From assembly GCA_051362555.1 (NCBI GenBank), contig CM120648.1, positions 10,598,587 through 10,662,586 on the forward strand: a DNA stretch of 64,000 bases, in the 5' to 3' direction. This stretch comes from Lingula anatina (Eukaryota > Animalia > Brachiopoda). The first letter of the stretch is position 1, and the number at the start of each line of letters is the position of its first letter. The notes below the pieces were generated by a model that worked only from the letters and a program-made list of their open reading frames with translations, was not told the origin of the DNA and did no database searches. Position numbers and translations under genes: made by a program. Shown here one piece after another: positions 25,444-38,544 of the stretch.

Positions 25444-25764
25444 TTCTCTTTTTAAATAAAAATAATCCACCTTGTTTATTTGTTTATTTATTTTTTAATA
25501 ATCCGATAGATCGTAATATGGGATGATGGTTCATTGAACTTCAGATTGATAATCCTAGCTAATATTACTTAGAACTTTGATGTCATTTCGATTTCCTTTG
25601 ATCCTTCAGTTTTATAAATATAGGTGCTAATACAATTAGTATTGGTATTTGTTCACATAATCTTAGGACTCCGTAAAACTTTTTTTTATCGACAGTCAAT
25701 CGAGCAAACAGGCAAGCCATGCCTTCATTATCACTATTCCAATCACAGCGACCTTACACTGCCC

Positions 25765-26110
25765 CTAACTCGCCCAAGAAAGACTGCTGTAGTTGCGGCA
25801 TGTGCTTACTGCAATCACAGCAGCAGAATACTTTGCACACCCGTCCCCCGAGAAATGTGATCGCTGTGTAATCTTATTGGTGATTGACGTTAATTTTTAC
25901 TCCACAATGCACCGGTACTTTCATTCATCAACAAGTTTGCCAGGTAGTTTATTGACCTTGTTTGTAACCGAGGACATTCTTTCCCCACGTTAGTCAATAG
26001 AAACACGTGCGTGATATTGACAATGCCAAAAGGGCGTGGTTATCAGATTTCAATCGCGGTACCTGTATAATCGCGCTTTGCGACACCTTTCTCAACTGTG
26101 AATGTAAGAT
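25765..26110 (+). pseudogene. Conserved coding-like module, copy 3 of 3
   Basis: Paralogous to 5230-5600 and, like it, followed by AT-rich DNA and a Penelope fragment. Confidence 0.35.
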
Positions 26111-26844
26111 TATAAAATTAAGCGATCAGGACATATCTACTTTCGAATATATTAATTCGAGGGGTTTTAAGTCATAAAATACACATTTCTATTCTACAAC
26201 TGCAACAATTCTTTGGTTTCAAGAATTACATAGCTTAGAGAACAATATTAAGCAAGGTGTCAATTCATAATTGTCATTATTTATCTGATAAAATGTATCA
26301 TTTATTTCAAAGGGTATCATAATTATACCCTAGCAATAAAACAGATATTTTGAACAAATGCAATATTCTATAAACTATTAAATTGTCTCAATACTCGCTT
26401 TAACTGCATGTGATAACTAACGATGTTCTTCATTTACACTAAGTTGCTAACTCTTAAGATGTGTTTCTTTTTTAGTTTTATGAAAGGGAGTTGGTTGACT
26501 ATTAATTGATTAATTAATTACTTATTACTTCTAAATAATTTATTGATAAATTAATTTCCTAATATGTTTTAAAATGTATTATGCTCCTTTGTTTTATTTA
26601 ATTTCACTTTTATTTCATTTTTTCCCATTTTTATTATTTTATTATTTTTTTATTTTTATTTTGATCCATTGATTAATTCATTGACTGATTTATTTAATTT
26701 CATTTATAGTTTTACTTAATTTTGTTTTATGTCATTTTATTTTAAATTATTTATTAATTTATTCATGTTTGAATTTATTTGTTATTTATTTTTACCATAA
26801 TCAGTGATATCCACCAGTGTCTGTCTCCATTACTAGAGCTTTTC

Positions 26845-28400
26845 AAAAATCAGCAATTCAACATTTGGATTTATAAGTCGAAATTGTGTTCACGGTTTCG
26901 TGTATGTTCTACTGTAAATTTCAAAGATTTTGATTAAACTGCCTACTAAGTACAGTGTATACAAACAATTCGATCTAACTTATATTTTAGTCTTTTCACC
27001 GTTTGTATTTCGTACCTTGACATATGACCAATGTACTATTATGACACGTGGCTTTAAGTTCAGAAACATTGATCCATTTTTCTTCTCTCTGAAGGGAATA
27101 TTTTAGTAAAAGAAGCTTTTAAAGCTTTTATTTTTTTCTAGACATTTGCCTTTCATTGGGCATTTACTTTGTACTCTACAGTTGCAGGTTTTTACTTCTG
27201 ATACATTATCAACAGCCCTCCAGTTATTCATCAAACTGTTGCTCTTAGCTTTAATGATTTCCGCGATATTGTCCCTACAGCTAAAGCTGACTTTAATGTT
27301 ATTTTTGTTAAAAATTTTATGTAACAGAGAACCTGCTGGGAAATGGAATTTAATAAGCTTTATAAAAACTCTGCCGAAGTAAGTCTGTAAATTTCTACTA
27401 AATGGTGGAATGAACCATAAGATATTTCTTTTGCGAGTTTTTATAGATTTTGTAGCAATGATTGTATAATGGAGTTTGGGGTTGAAACCAACTGACTCGA
27501 GTGCTTCCTGGTACTCTTTAATGATTGAAACATGTTTTCATCGCTAGAAATAGTGGGTAGCCTTGTGTTAATTAAGGTTGATATGACGTTGATGACACTT
27601 TCCGGGTGGTTAAATTTGCGGTGTACATATACAGTAGTGCTGCGTTAGGTTTTTTGTATGGTCCGAAGGATCCGTCGTTTAGGTTGAAGGTAACGTCTAA
27701 GGAGTTAACGTTATTGTGCGAGATGCTGGTTGTGATCTTTAATCCAAGTTGCTTCATGATGGAGGTTAAATCCTTGGCTATCTTGTTGGCGTGTGACGTT
27801 GAGTTATTTCTCAGGATAGCGAGGCCGTCGTCCCTATAGAGGCCAATTTCACCGCGAAATAATTTCTTGTTTTTATCAAGTAAAAATAGACTAGTTCACA
27901 TGACTAGTGTCACTATTTGTTTTTCTTCCTCGGAGCTACTTCTAACTGACACGAAAACCAATGCGTCTGTGAAAAGCTTTTGCGTTATAGAATGGTAGAA
28001 GTCGACAATATCAAATGTCAAAAAGGTGCAGTTCTCTTATCAAATAGACTTGTAAACCAGTTAATAGCCGAAACGGTGTTTTTCCACTGGTTAACTCTCG
28101 TTTTCATCAGCAGTTCTTTGTTACTTCTATCTAGTATTTTCTTACTTATTATCCCGATATTGCCTTTGGACGGGTTTATCAGTCTGCAATTTACGTTGCT
28201 TGGAAAATTGCCTTTGTGGTCTTGATAAAAGCTTCATCCCCACCTTGGATCTCAATTCGGTCGTCCAAGTTTGCTTGCGATGAATTTATCTTCGTTGTTG
28301 ATCTTTTTTTAGTTTCATCGGGCGCTCTGCCGTATTTAGCGTCAGTGTTATCTCGAAGTAGTTTTTCATAGTCATTTGCCACATTTTTCCTAATTCAAAC
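26845..28400 (-). mobile_element. Penelope-like retroelement fragment
   Basis: EIGLYRDDGLAIL, LDVTFNLNDGSFGPYKKPN, LDDRIE..EAFI. Longer at the 5' side than the 6240-7265 copy; degenerate. Confidence 0.8.
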
Positions 28401-29838
28401 AATCAGATGAAAATGCCACACATATCTAATTCATAACTGCAACAATATTTTTGCTCACTTTTTTGAAAACTTAACACATAGCTGAAAGATCAATAATAAA
28501 TCATATGCTTCATTATACTAATTATAAATATGTAATCAATGAGCATTAAGTTACCTTCGTATCAATACGTCATCAGACATCACATCGACATAAAATTTAA
28601 ATAATGAAAATTGAAGCATGATACAGATGTAAGAGACATAAAACATTTTAAATGTCTCAATCTATGGCTTTAACGCGCAAAACAAAAAAGGAATATTGAA
28701 AATGAAGGCATGATACAGATATTAGAGACATACAGGGGTAAAACATTTTAAATGTCTCAATACATGGCTGAAAAACACAATAAAAAACACTCATTACTTA
28801 GCTTAAAATAAAACGTTTTTTTTTTTTGTTTTATGTATAAAATTATTGCCCCCTATTCTTGATTAAAAAACATTGAGTTGTCATACATGTATATTGGAAT
28901 GATTTCGGTCAAATGCAAAAATCTTTTTTTTTTTCTTCTAATCACATAAAAATGTCCTTGCAAGAGAAAAGCACCTGCCGCATCATTCAAATATGAAATA
29001 TATAGTAAGAGCCTACAGGTAAGTATCAAAACACATTGGGGGGCATCGTAAAAAATCTAATTCAGCAGTAACTCTAACAACCACAGAAAAATATGCAGTT
29101 TTCAAATGCTCATGAATGAACACTTTTTTTAAAATTACTACCAGTTGTATGGTGATGTCCCTGCCCTTTCTCCAGATGAAATGACAATGTTTGAACAAGC
29201 GCCTTGAAAACAAGAGCCTTGAAACGGCTAATATTGGCATCAAATGATAGGGTGTATATACCCTGAGAATTACCCTGACTCCAACAAGACTCATAAAATA
29301 CAAACAGACGCATACATTTTAGGGTGTATTTGCACCATTTCAGCAAAGGCCTTAGGGATCGTACGGCTGCCTTGTTTTGAAAGTACTTCTTTGGTTAACG
29401 TTCCTAATTTGTTCACCCACTAATAACATCCAGTGGTGTGAGTATCTTATACGACATACTTGTTGTAAGGCCAGACCTCCAGCTATAACCATATATACAT
29501 GTATATTTCTTTCAGATCTAAATATGACCTAAAAGATCACTGTTCACAAGATTCTCATTGTATCAAATGCATTTCTCCCTCTGTTTTTTACCGGACATCA
29601 CGTGTCACCGGTAAAACGATAGCTACTGTAAATCTTTCAATATGTCGACGAGTAAAGAAAACGATGCTCGCAACTCTCGAAATCATTTCGTCTCAGATTT
29701 AGCCTCTATAGACCTATATATGTTCTACAAATCGGGTTATGCGCGGTTTTCAACTGCCACGTTTTTATAAGTGTTTGTCATTCGTTTGGGCTACTTGCAT
29801 GATAAAAAAATAAACCACATTTTTGTACACCAGCTGTT

Positions 29839-30155
29839 ATGTTGACAATTGAATGCCAAGTAAGTGTTCTCTCTTTCTCTCTCTTATACAAACACATCTC
29901 CAATAGTCTACAAGGTGTCCCTCGATATACAGGTACTGTAGTTTCAAACCATTCCACAATCTCGAGTGTACTTTCTGTTAAAAAAAATTGTGAAAAAATA
30001 AGTAAAATTGTTAACGGATCCAAAATTAATTACTTTGGGACATCTGGAGTTCATAACACTCCCAACATTTTACATTCGCAAAAATGGAACGGCATATATT
30101 CATTTCTAGACGTATTTTCCGGTTTGACCTTATGGACTACAAGGAACCATAGTTT
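29839..30155 (+). pseudogene. Degenerate coding remnant, tail-to-tail with CARD-like copy 5
   Basis: KINYFGTSGV..ILHSQKWNGIYSFLDVFSGLTLWT. 30020-30140 is clearly paralogous to 31785-31900. Confidence 0.35.
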
Positions 30156-30156
30156 T

Positions 30157-30525
30157 TCACATCTCCGTACACTCCATGGACAGCTGAGGACTGAAAATTC
30201 CATACTCCGTCACCACAGCCAGGTACGGTGATACTTGGAGAAGTGCTGCCAGAAAGTTTTGAAATGTGATGCGACTCAGACCATCTGGCTGAGTGTCCAA
30301 GTAGGACAAGACGTACTGCAGAAGCACAATCATTTTATGCATAGGATCGGTGATGAAGATTATCTCATAACGCTGTGCCTCGGTCAAAATATAACGTTTA
30401 CGAAGATGGTTAGCAAAAGTCTGGATCTTGTTCAAGTCAGTCAGACTACTTATTAATGTTGCGAACATTAGAAGGATTCGCTGTTGTTCTCTGGAGATGT
30501 TGTCCCTGATGTTTGGCATAGCCAT
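30157..30525 (-). CDS. CARD-like single-domain protein, copy 5, 122 aa, intact
   Basis: Start at MAMPNIRD (30525) by homology with copy 4. Clearest CARD pattern: FANHLRKRYILTEAQRYEI..DP..K..LLQYV..TFQNFLAALLQVSPYLA. Acceptor at 30561. Confidence 0.8.
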   Translation of the reverse strand: MAMPNIRDNISREQQRILLMFATLISSLTDLNKIQTFANHLRKRYILTEAQRYEIIFITDPMHKMIVLLQYVLSYLDTQPDGLSRITFQNFLAALLQVSPYLAVVTEYGIFSPQLSMECTEM

Positions 30526-31090
30526 TGTCAGCTTTTGGGTCGACTTAGGCTGGCTATTCACTGCAAATAATAATAATAATAATAGAAATAAAATAATATT
30601 AATAATCATGATTGATCCTGCCAAAATAAAATGGAAAAAATTCAAACCAGTCGACTATTAAACTTAAATAAGATATATAATATTTTTAAATACGGTCCAC
30701 GTTTAAGTAAACGGTTATTTTTCTGTTTCTTCTTCTTCTTCTCCTTCTCTTTTAATTACGTATATATTGAAGAAAATATTTTGCCTTAATTCATCTAAAA
30801 TTTTCCGTGTCGTTAGTGTCCCGGGACACGAAAGAAAGCATAGCTTCTAACCAGTATGGGTGCATTTGATTTGTGCGAAATGAATTTAATAAAGGATTAG
30901 GTCTATTTTTGAAGAATTGGCCCAAGTTATTAGTTTTTAGGAAAATGCTCTTGAACATTGATTCGCCAAACATTTCCATACCATCAGTGTGTCAGGGCAT
31001 GTCACTGGTAGAGCTCGTAACACATATATTATATATACATTGTATACTATTGGCCAACATATAAATATTATCGGGGATGTGACTGGGAGT

Positions 31091-31128
31091 GGGAATTCCC
31101 CTACTGCGGTAACATGATGTCACGTGAC
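31091..31128. promoter_or_regulatory. NF-kB site plus palindromic E-box
   Basis: GGGAATTCCCC at 31091-31101 and GTCACGTGAC at 31119-31128, between copy 5 and a divergent plus-strand pseudogene. Confidence 0.5.
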
Positions 31129-31229
31129 CACCTGGAAAGTTGCTATTTTTAGTACTGGTCTACAATCTTCCAAAAGTCCAGAGTGATGACTGCAAATCAG
31201 TGCAAAAATTCTCACAGATCAGGAATGTG

Positions 31230-31920
31230 CACAAAACAGTCATGCCTAACCATTACAGTACAATTGTCCCCAGTATGCATGTATGCATGTATGTCACGTA
31301 GGACATGTACGTCTGTGTAATGATGCACTCCCGGAAAATGGTAAATTTTGGGTTGTTGTCAAGGACAAGGAATACAGAAAAGGTACCGATAAGTTGGTGA
31401 AGTAACAGAGACCAGAATGGAAGCCTCACAAGGGAGTTGTAGAGTGGCATTTTGAGTAGGGTCGCATTTTGCAACTGAACGCATTTTGCAGCCTTGACAA
31501 ACAAAGCGAATAAGGGAAAAACCCCTGGAGATGTATCGATCCTGTTAGATCTATCTAGGTATGGGAACCCAGTCTTATTTGCCCTTGGCGCTTTTTAGGG
31601 GCTTGGCTTTATTGTATGCCAGTACTCATGCACTGGCGCTCTTCTAGCTTCCCTGTGATAGTTTCGGCCAAGGTCACGGGAATGTAGTGACTGCTATTAG
31701 CTTGGGAATCACACTGATAGGAAAGAGTTTCAGGCTAAACATGTTCAAATCATGTCATATTGGCAAGGAATATGAAGTTAACGGAGTCAAAAGTAATTAC
31801 TTTGGGACATTTGGAGTTCAAACACTTATGATATTTTACAAACACAACATGTAATAGCATGCTCATTTCTAAACGTATTTTCCGGTCACACACTATGGAC
31901 TTATTTTTCTGAATATGTTC
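31230..31920 (+). pseudogene. Degenerate US22/SUKH-like candidate
   Basis: DVSILLDLSRYGNPVLFAL..GLGFIVCQYSCTGALLASL echoes family B motifs; 3' part is paralogous to 30020-30140. Confidence 0.3.
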
Positions 31921-32388
31921 CTACACGCAGCCATGCAGTTGCTATATGACCATATGTTTGATTTCGTTCTTAGGCTGCATTTTCCATCAGTTTTTTCTTC
32001 TTTTTTAGTGTGTATTTGTGTGCGTGTGTGTGTGTAAACGACAGCATGCAATAGTTTGATATTCTATGTATAACATAGGTTCACCGCCATTGATTCGCAT
32101 TCAGATCTTCACGCACATCTAATATAAAAACCATGGTGTGCATTAATACAGTGACTACACAGCAAAGTTCAAGCTGACTGTAATTTGTTCGGACGCATCA
32201 AACGAATGCAGTTAACACAGACGTCCGATCAGTAACTAATGTACATGTACTTTCGGTTCAGTCATGTACTCGCAGGCTTTCTTATGATAGTAATTGCGTT
32301 ATTTTGCATTCAATTTGATCTGCACATAGGGACTATATATCTTAAACATAACGCGGAACGTTTAAGTTTGTGGTGCGCCAGTTCTTAT

Positions 32389-35300
32389 TAACCTTTTTCA
32401 TCTTTTCCGGAAATGGAAATTGCATTGTGGGTAGGGGAGCCCTGCTATGTCGAAACACTTACAGCGGTGCTAAAAACCATGGCTGAGTTTACGTGCTTTT
32501 TGTCCCGCTGCTACAATAACAGTAAGCGAGATTGACACATGAGGTATAATAAGTTCCCAACAAACCCGTTAGAATGAAAAATATGGTAGAAAGAAAGAAA
32601 AATATAGCAGGTTTGGATCAAAAGCAGGGCACCGCGTTTGCGCTGAACATTTCGAAGGCGAGAAGGCGGGAAGAAAAACTATAATATTAGGAGATCAACG
32701 GTGCTTTAATAAAAACAGAAATGCTTAGTTAATCAACGGATATAACGAACTAGAACTCGGGGGTAAACAATGCGATAAAAACAAAGTTCTGAGGAAAAAA
32801 CTGAAGAATAGGGGCATAAAAAGAAAGAAAAGACTTTAAGTATGAGATTATGGAAAAAGAAAGTAAAAGCTGTGAGGTTTTACACGGGGATTCTACTTAC
32901 AAAAATTCAAGAACTTTCACGACTTTTTGTGTAACAACAAAGAGAAGGTTTGAAAAGTTTTGTATGTTATATCCTTTTTGTGTGTGTTTTATTGATAAGT
33001 GATCATTTTAAATGTAGAAGGCCTAACACAGGTTTTAGTCTCTCATAACCCTCAGTAGGGTGGGTTCTATTTTTTTTAACGTGAGACGTTAATAAAATTT
33101 TTATTATTATGTATCCAGTCCCGTACACCCTGTACGTATTACTGATTTGTACAAATGGGGCTCATATTATCAAGATCAACAGAGACATACGAAGAATAAT
33201 GTACATCGGCCCTTGTTGAACGCGTTACCGGCAAAATAAAAAGTTATTTATTTCTGAACTCAATGACAAGAGAATTGGAAAATTCAATGGGCATATATTG
33301 TTAATGCAGAGAAGCCTTTCTGTAAGCTACACGTGCATAATACATGTATGGTAAAGACAAAATGGATAATAAAAATAATAAAACAATTAACGTACAGTAT
33401 TTTTAAAGTAATGCAAATATGCTTAGTATAAAATTAGGCCTACGTATATTTAACTCTGTCTTAGATAGTTAAAAAGTATGAAATGTGTGGAAAACACTTT
33501 ATTTGAATGATTTTATTGTCTTTGATTGAAAACGATGAAAATACGCATGAAAACATTTACAAATTAAATAATTTGGTCTATTTCTATAATTTTGTTTTTG
33601 CCTGACGGTTTTGTTTCAGTTTGGGAAAATTTTCATATTTGTCGGTCTGAATAGGGGCATAAAAAGAAAGAAAAGACTTTAAGTATGAGATTATGGAAAA
33701 AGAAAGTAAAAGCTGTGAGGTTTTACACGGGGATTCTACTTACAAAAATTCAAGAACTTTCACGACTTTTTGTGTAACAACAAAGAGAAGGTTTGAAAAG
33801 TTTTGTATGTTATATCCTTTTTGTGTGTGTTTTATTGATAAGTGATCATTTTAAATGTAGAAGGCCTAACACAGGTTTTAGTCTCTCATAACCCTCAGTA
33901 GGGTGGGTTCTATTTTTTTTAACGTGAGACGTTAATAAAATTTTTATTATTATGTATCCAGTCCCGTACACCCTGTACGTATTACTGATTTGTACAAATG
34001 GGGCTCATATTATCAAGATCAACAGAGACATACGAAGAATAATGTACATCGGCCCTTGTTGAACGCGTTACCGGCAAAATAAAAAGTTATTTATTTCTGA
34101 ACTCAATGACAAGAGAATTGGAAAATTCAATGGGCATATATTGTTAATGCAGAGAAGCCTTTCTGTAAGCTACACGTGCATAATACATGTATGGTAAAGA
34201 CAAAATGGATAATAAAAATAATAAAACAATTAACGTACAGTAGGGGCCTATTTTTAAAGTAATGCAAATATGCTTAGTATAAAATTAGGCCTACGTATAT
34301 TTAACTCTGTCTTAGATAGTTAAAAAGTATGAAATGTGTGGAAAACACTTTATTTGAATGATTTTATTGTCTTTGATTGAAAACGATGAAAATACGCATG
34401 AAAACATTTACAAATTAAATAATTTGGTCTATTTCTATAATTTTGTTTTTGCCTGACGGTTTTGTTTCAGTTTGAGAAAATTTTCATATTTGTCAGACCG
34501 AAAGTCTGACATTTTTTACCTGTCGTAAATTTTGTACATATACTAGAGTAAGACACGGTAAACTTTAATTATCGTCTGGGAAAGATTCGGGAATTCCTGT
34601 CTCACCTGTTTAACACTTATAAATTAGAAGGTTTTAATTACAGAGGAAAGGTCGTAGTTGTGGCCGCCCCCCCAAACTGAACAATTGAATAAGTAACACC
34701 TGATATGCCTTATCAGGTACCAAACGATTTAATCAGTTCACCGACGAACAATCTGCGTGTCACTTTTAGGTACGAGTCAAACAATGCAGGGAATCTTTTC
34801 ATTTTATCATTTCAAAAATCTCTTAAGACACCCTTCAAACAAGACATAAAAATCGCAATGAATTGATACTGCCGGTAAATGAGGTGATATCGCCACAGCT
34901 TGCATATATACATGTAATATTGTGAAGACGTAGGCCTACGCACCTGTCCACACTTTTGAAAGCTGTGTACGAGTCTACTGGCTGTTTTGATTTGATATAT
35001 ATATAAAAATAACGAGTCTCTTTCGCATATCTTTATTATCGGAGGCATTTAAAAGAACTCTGAAGCTTTAGTTCGTCATCACTATTGAAAGTGCAGCCAA
35101 GGCTCGGACGCTTAGGTGAAGTCTAGTTGTACAGCGCATCGTATTTAAACTGAGAAAAAAACATTTAATTGATTGATTCTCCGTCCAAATAGCTGTTTTC
35201 TTGCCTACAGTTTACGCATTTCTGTGCTTCAGCCACCTTTTTAGTTTGACAGAAAGCAGTGCAAGCTGCAAACGACCTTTTTATATGCACACCTTGTACA

Positions 35301-35413
35301 TCATCTACACCTAGCATTGCCATGCTGGAAACAGCAGAGGACCATCATGACCCCTGTGGCGCGCGGTTCCTGTCGTGCGCACTTCGTATTTCCGGAAAAG
35401 ATGAAAAAGGTCT
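32389..35413 (+). mobile_element. ISL2EU/Harbinger-like non-autonomous DNA transposon, unit 1, with an 843-bp internal tandem duplication
   Basis: TIR core ACCTTTTTCATCTTTTCCGGAAAT. THAP remnant from 32479 (MAEFTCFLSRCYNNSKRD..KFP..HRVCAEHF), FYTG and VERV remnants. 32806-33648 repeats from 33649. Confidence 0.75.
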
Positions 35414-35419
35414 TTTATA

Positions 35420-37592
35420 TAACCTTTTTCATCTTTTCCGGAAATGGAAATTGCATTGTGGGTAGGGGAGCCCTGCTATGTCGAAACACTTACAGCGGTG
35501 CTAAAAACCATGGCTGAGTTTACGTGCTTTTTGTCCCGCTGCTACAATAACAGTAAGCGAGATTGACACATGAAGTATAATAAGTTCCCAATAAACCCGT
35601 TAGAATGAAAAATATGGTAGAAAGAAAGAAAAATATAGCAGGTTTGGATCAAAAGCAGGGCACCGCGTTTGCGCTGAACATTTCGAAGGCGAGAAGGCGG
35701 GAAGAAAAACTATAATATTAGGAGATCAACGGTGCTTTAATAAAAACAGAAATGCTTAGTTAATCAACGGATATAACGAACTAGAACTCGGGGGTAAACA
35801 ATGCGATAAAAACAAAGTTCTGAGGAAAAAACTGAAGAATAGGGGCATAAAAAGAAAGAAAAGACTTTAAGTATGAGATTATGGAAAAAGAAAGTAAAAG
35901 CTGTGAGGTTTTACACGGGGATTCTACTTACAAAAATTCAAGAACTTTCACGACTTTTTGTGTAACAACAAAGAGAAGGTTTGAAAAGTTTTGTATGTTA
36001 TATCCTTTTTGTGTGTGTTTTATTGATGAGTGATCATTTTAAATGTAGAAGGCCTAACACAGGTTTTAGTCTCTCATAACCCTCAGTAGGGTGGGTTCTA
36101 TTTTTTTAACGTGAGACGTTAATAAAATTTTTATTATTATGTATCCAGTCCCGTACACCCTGTACGTATTACTGATTTGTACAAATGGGGCTCATATTAT
36201 CAAGATCAACAGAGACATACGAAGAATAATGTACATCGGCCCTTGTTGAACGCGTTACCGGCAAAATAAAAAGTTATTTATTTCTGAACTCAATGACAAG
36301 AGAATTGGAAAATTCAATGGGCATATATTGTTAATGCAGAGAAGCCTTTCTGTAAGCTACACGTGCATAATACATGTATGGTAAAGACAAAATGGATAAT
36401 AAAAATAATAAAACAATTAACGTACAGTATTTTTAAAGTAATGCAAATATGCTTAGTATAAAATTAGGCCTACGTATATTTAACTCTGTCTTAGATAGTT
36501 AAAAAGTATGAAATGTGTGGAAAACACTTTATTTGAATGATTTTATTGTCTTTGATTGAAAACGATGAAAATACGCATGAAAACATTTACAAATTAAATA
36601 ATTTGGTCTATTTCTATAATTTTGTTTTTGCCTGACGGTTTTGTTTCAGTTTGAGAAAATTTTCATATTTGTCAGACCGAAAGTCTGACATTTTTTACCT
36701 GTCGTAAATTTTGTACATATACTAGAGTAAGACACGGTAAACTTTAATTATCGTCTGGGAAAGATTCGGGAATTCCTGTCTCACCTGTTTAACACTTATA
36801 AATTAGAAGGTTTTAATTACAGAGGAAAGGTCGTAGTTGTGGCCGCCCCCCCAAACTGAACAATTGAATAAGTAACACCTGATATGCCTTATCAGGTACC
36901 AAACGATTTAATCAGTTCACCGACGAACAATCTGCGTGTCACTTTTAGGTACGAGTCAAACAATGCAGGGAATCTTTTCATTTTATCATTCCAAAAATCT
37001 CTTAAGACACCCTTCAAACAAGACATAAAAATCGCAATGAATTGATACTGCCGGTAAATGAGGTGATATCGCCACAGCTTGCATATATACATGTAATATT
37101 GTGAAGACGTAGGCCTACGCACCTGTCCACACTCTTGAAAGCTGTGTACGAGTCTACTGGCTGTTTTGATTTGATATATATATAAAAATAACGAGTCTCT
37201 TTCGCACATCTTTATTATCGGAGGCATTTAAAAGAACTCTGAAGCTTTAGTTCGTCATCACTATTGAAAGTGCAGCCAAGGCTCGGACGCTTAGGTGAAG
37301 TCTAGTTGTACAGCGCATCGTATTTAAACTGAGAAAAAAACATTTAATTGATTGATTCTCCGTCCAAATAGCTGTTTTCTTGCCTACAGTTTACGCATTT
37401 CTGTGCTTCAGCCACCTTTTTAGTTTGACAGAAAGCAGTGCAAGCTGCAAACGACCTTTTTATATGCACACCTTGTACATCATCTACACCTAGCATTGCC
37501 ATGCTGGAAACAGCAGAGGACCATCATGACCCCTGTGGCGCGCGGTTCCTGTCGTGCGCACTTCGTATTTCCGGAAAAGATGAAAAAGGTCT
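35420..37592 (+). mobile_element. ISL2EU/Harbinger-like element, unit 2 (2173 bp), head-to-tail with unit 1
   Basis: Near-identical to unit 1. An AT duplication flanks the whole dimer (32387-32388 and 37593-37594). Confidence 0.75.
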
Positions 37593-38544
37593 ATACCGGA
37601 GTCGATACTGGGCACGCCATGCGGGGTTTTTTTGAAAAAGAAACCGTTGACTTATCATCATATAAGCTGCTACGGTGACCATCATCTACGTGATCATCTA
37701 ATTGTGGTCGAAATGTATCCAACAGACAGAGATTACCGAGATGAAAAATCCACGTTGAGGATACATTTAAAACAAATATGGACCCTTACTAAGCAATTTT
37801 AAGCCTGTGAGGATTATATACGGTTTTATTGTAAGCATCGGCAAAAAGTATATGCGGGTTATCGGTTCGTCTTTGTGGGGAACTACGACTACCATATGAT
37901 GGTGAAGAGCAGGGAGATCCAATGTGAGAGGTAAGATAAAAATGTTTGCCTTCAATACAAAAGATGGTTGAAAAGAACCTGGCCCAAAACATGAAGAGAC
38001 TGCATTTTTTGTCCCAAGATTTTCACGCTCGTGATATGAATTAATTATATCCAACATGCATAATATAAGAAGTCGCTGAAGTTAACCGATATCCAGGTAT
38101 TTTATAACAAAACATTCTTATACCACCATTGTTTCGTAACATATGAACATACAAGTACAACATCATCATGAACGTTAAACAACGTCCCCCCAAAAAAAGC
38201 AACGCACCACTACAAGCATTAACAAGTGACTAACTTAGATAACAAAGTTGAGCTGTCTGTCAATATTGGCAGACATTGTGTTGCTACGCTGTTAAAAGTA
38301 GTGCGTACGCGCAAGTAAATTCATTACCATTACAAACTTGTTTTCACAATATACTGCCTTATATTTTTTTACTTTGACGACTTTTGATTTTTAGATTGTT
38401 CTTGCTCGCAGTTTTAACTAGCTTTGGTTTCGAATTCTATAAAAAGTCAAACTAGATGCTATCAAAAGCGGTGACGTCGGGTAGGCCCTACTCATTCTTC
38501 ACCTTAGTTATATAGTGACATTCGATCGATAAAGCTGAAGTAAA

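Larger units (their letters stand above)
31965..38060 (+). pseudogene. Family B pseudogene copy 1 (31965-32388 joined to 37593-38060), split by a transposon dimer
   Basis: The rejoined junction CCAGTTCTT-AT-ACCGGAGTCGATA matches uninterrupted CCAGTTCTTTTACCCGAGCCGATA at about 58090. Reads IHVEDTF and NYDYHMMVKSREIQCER. Confidence 0.6.

Noticed and set aside
29013-29346. Overlapping minus-strand ORFs of 96 and 78 aa
   Set aside because: No paralog in the window and no recognisable motif in any frame.
30526-30645. 40-aa hydrophobic N-terminal extension (signal-peptide-like) on CARD copy 5
   Set aside because: It crosses the conserved splice acceptor at 30561 and translates the intronic TTA microsatellite; it is absent from the paralogs.
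32387-32400. piggyBac assignment from TTAA-CC at the element ends
   Set aside because: The right end of the dimer is GGTCT-AT and the reconstructed empty site shows only AT duplicated. The THAP and VERVIG remnants fit ISL2EU/Harbinger-type elements.
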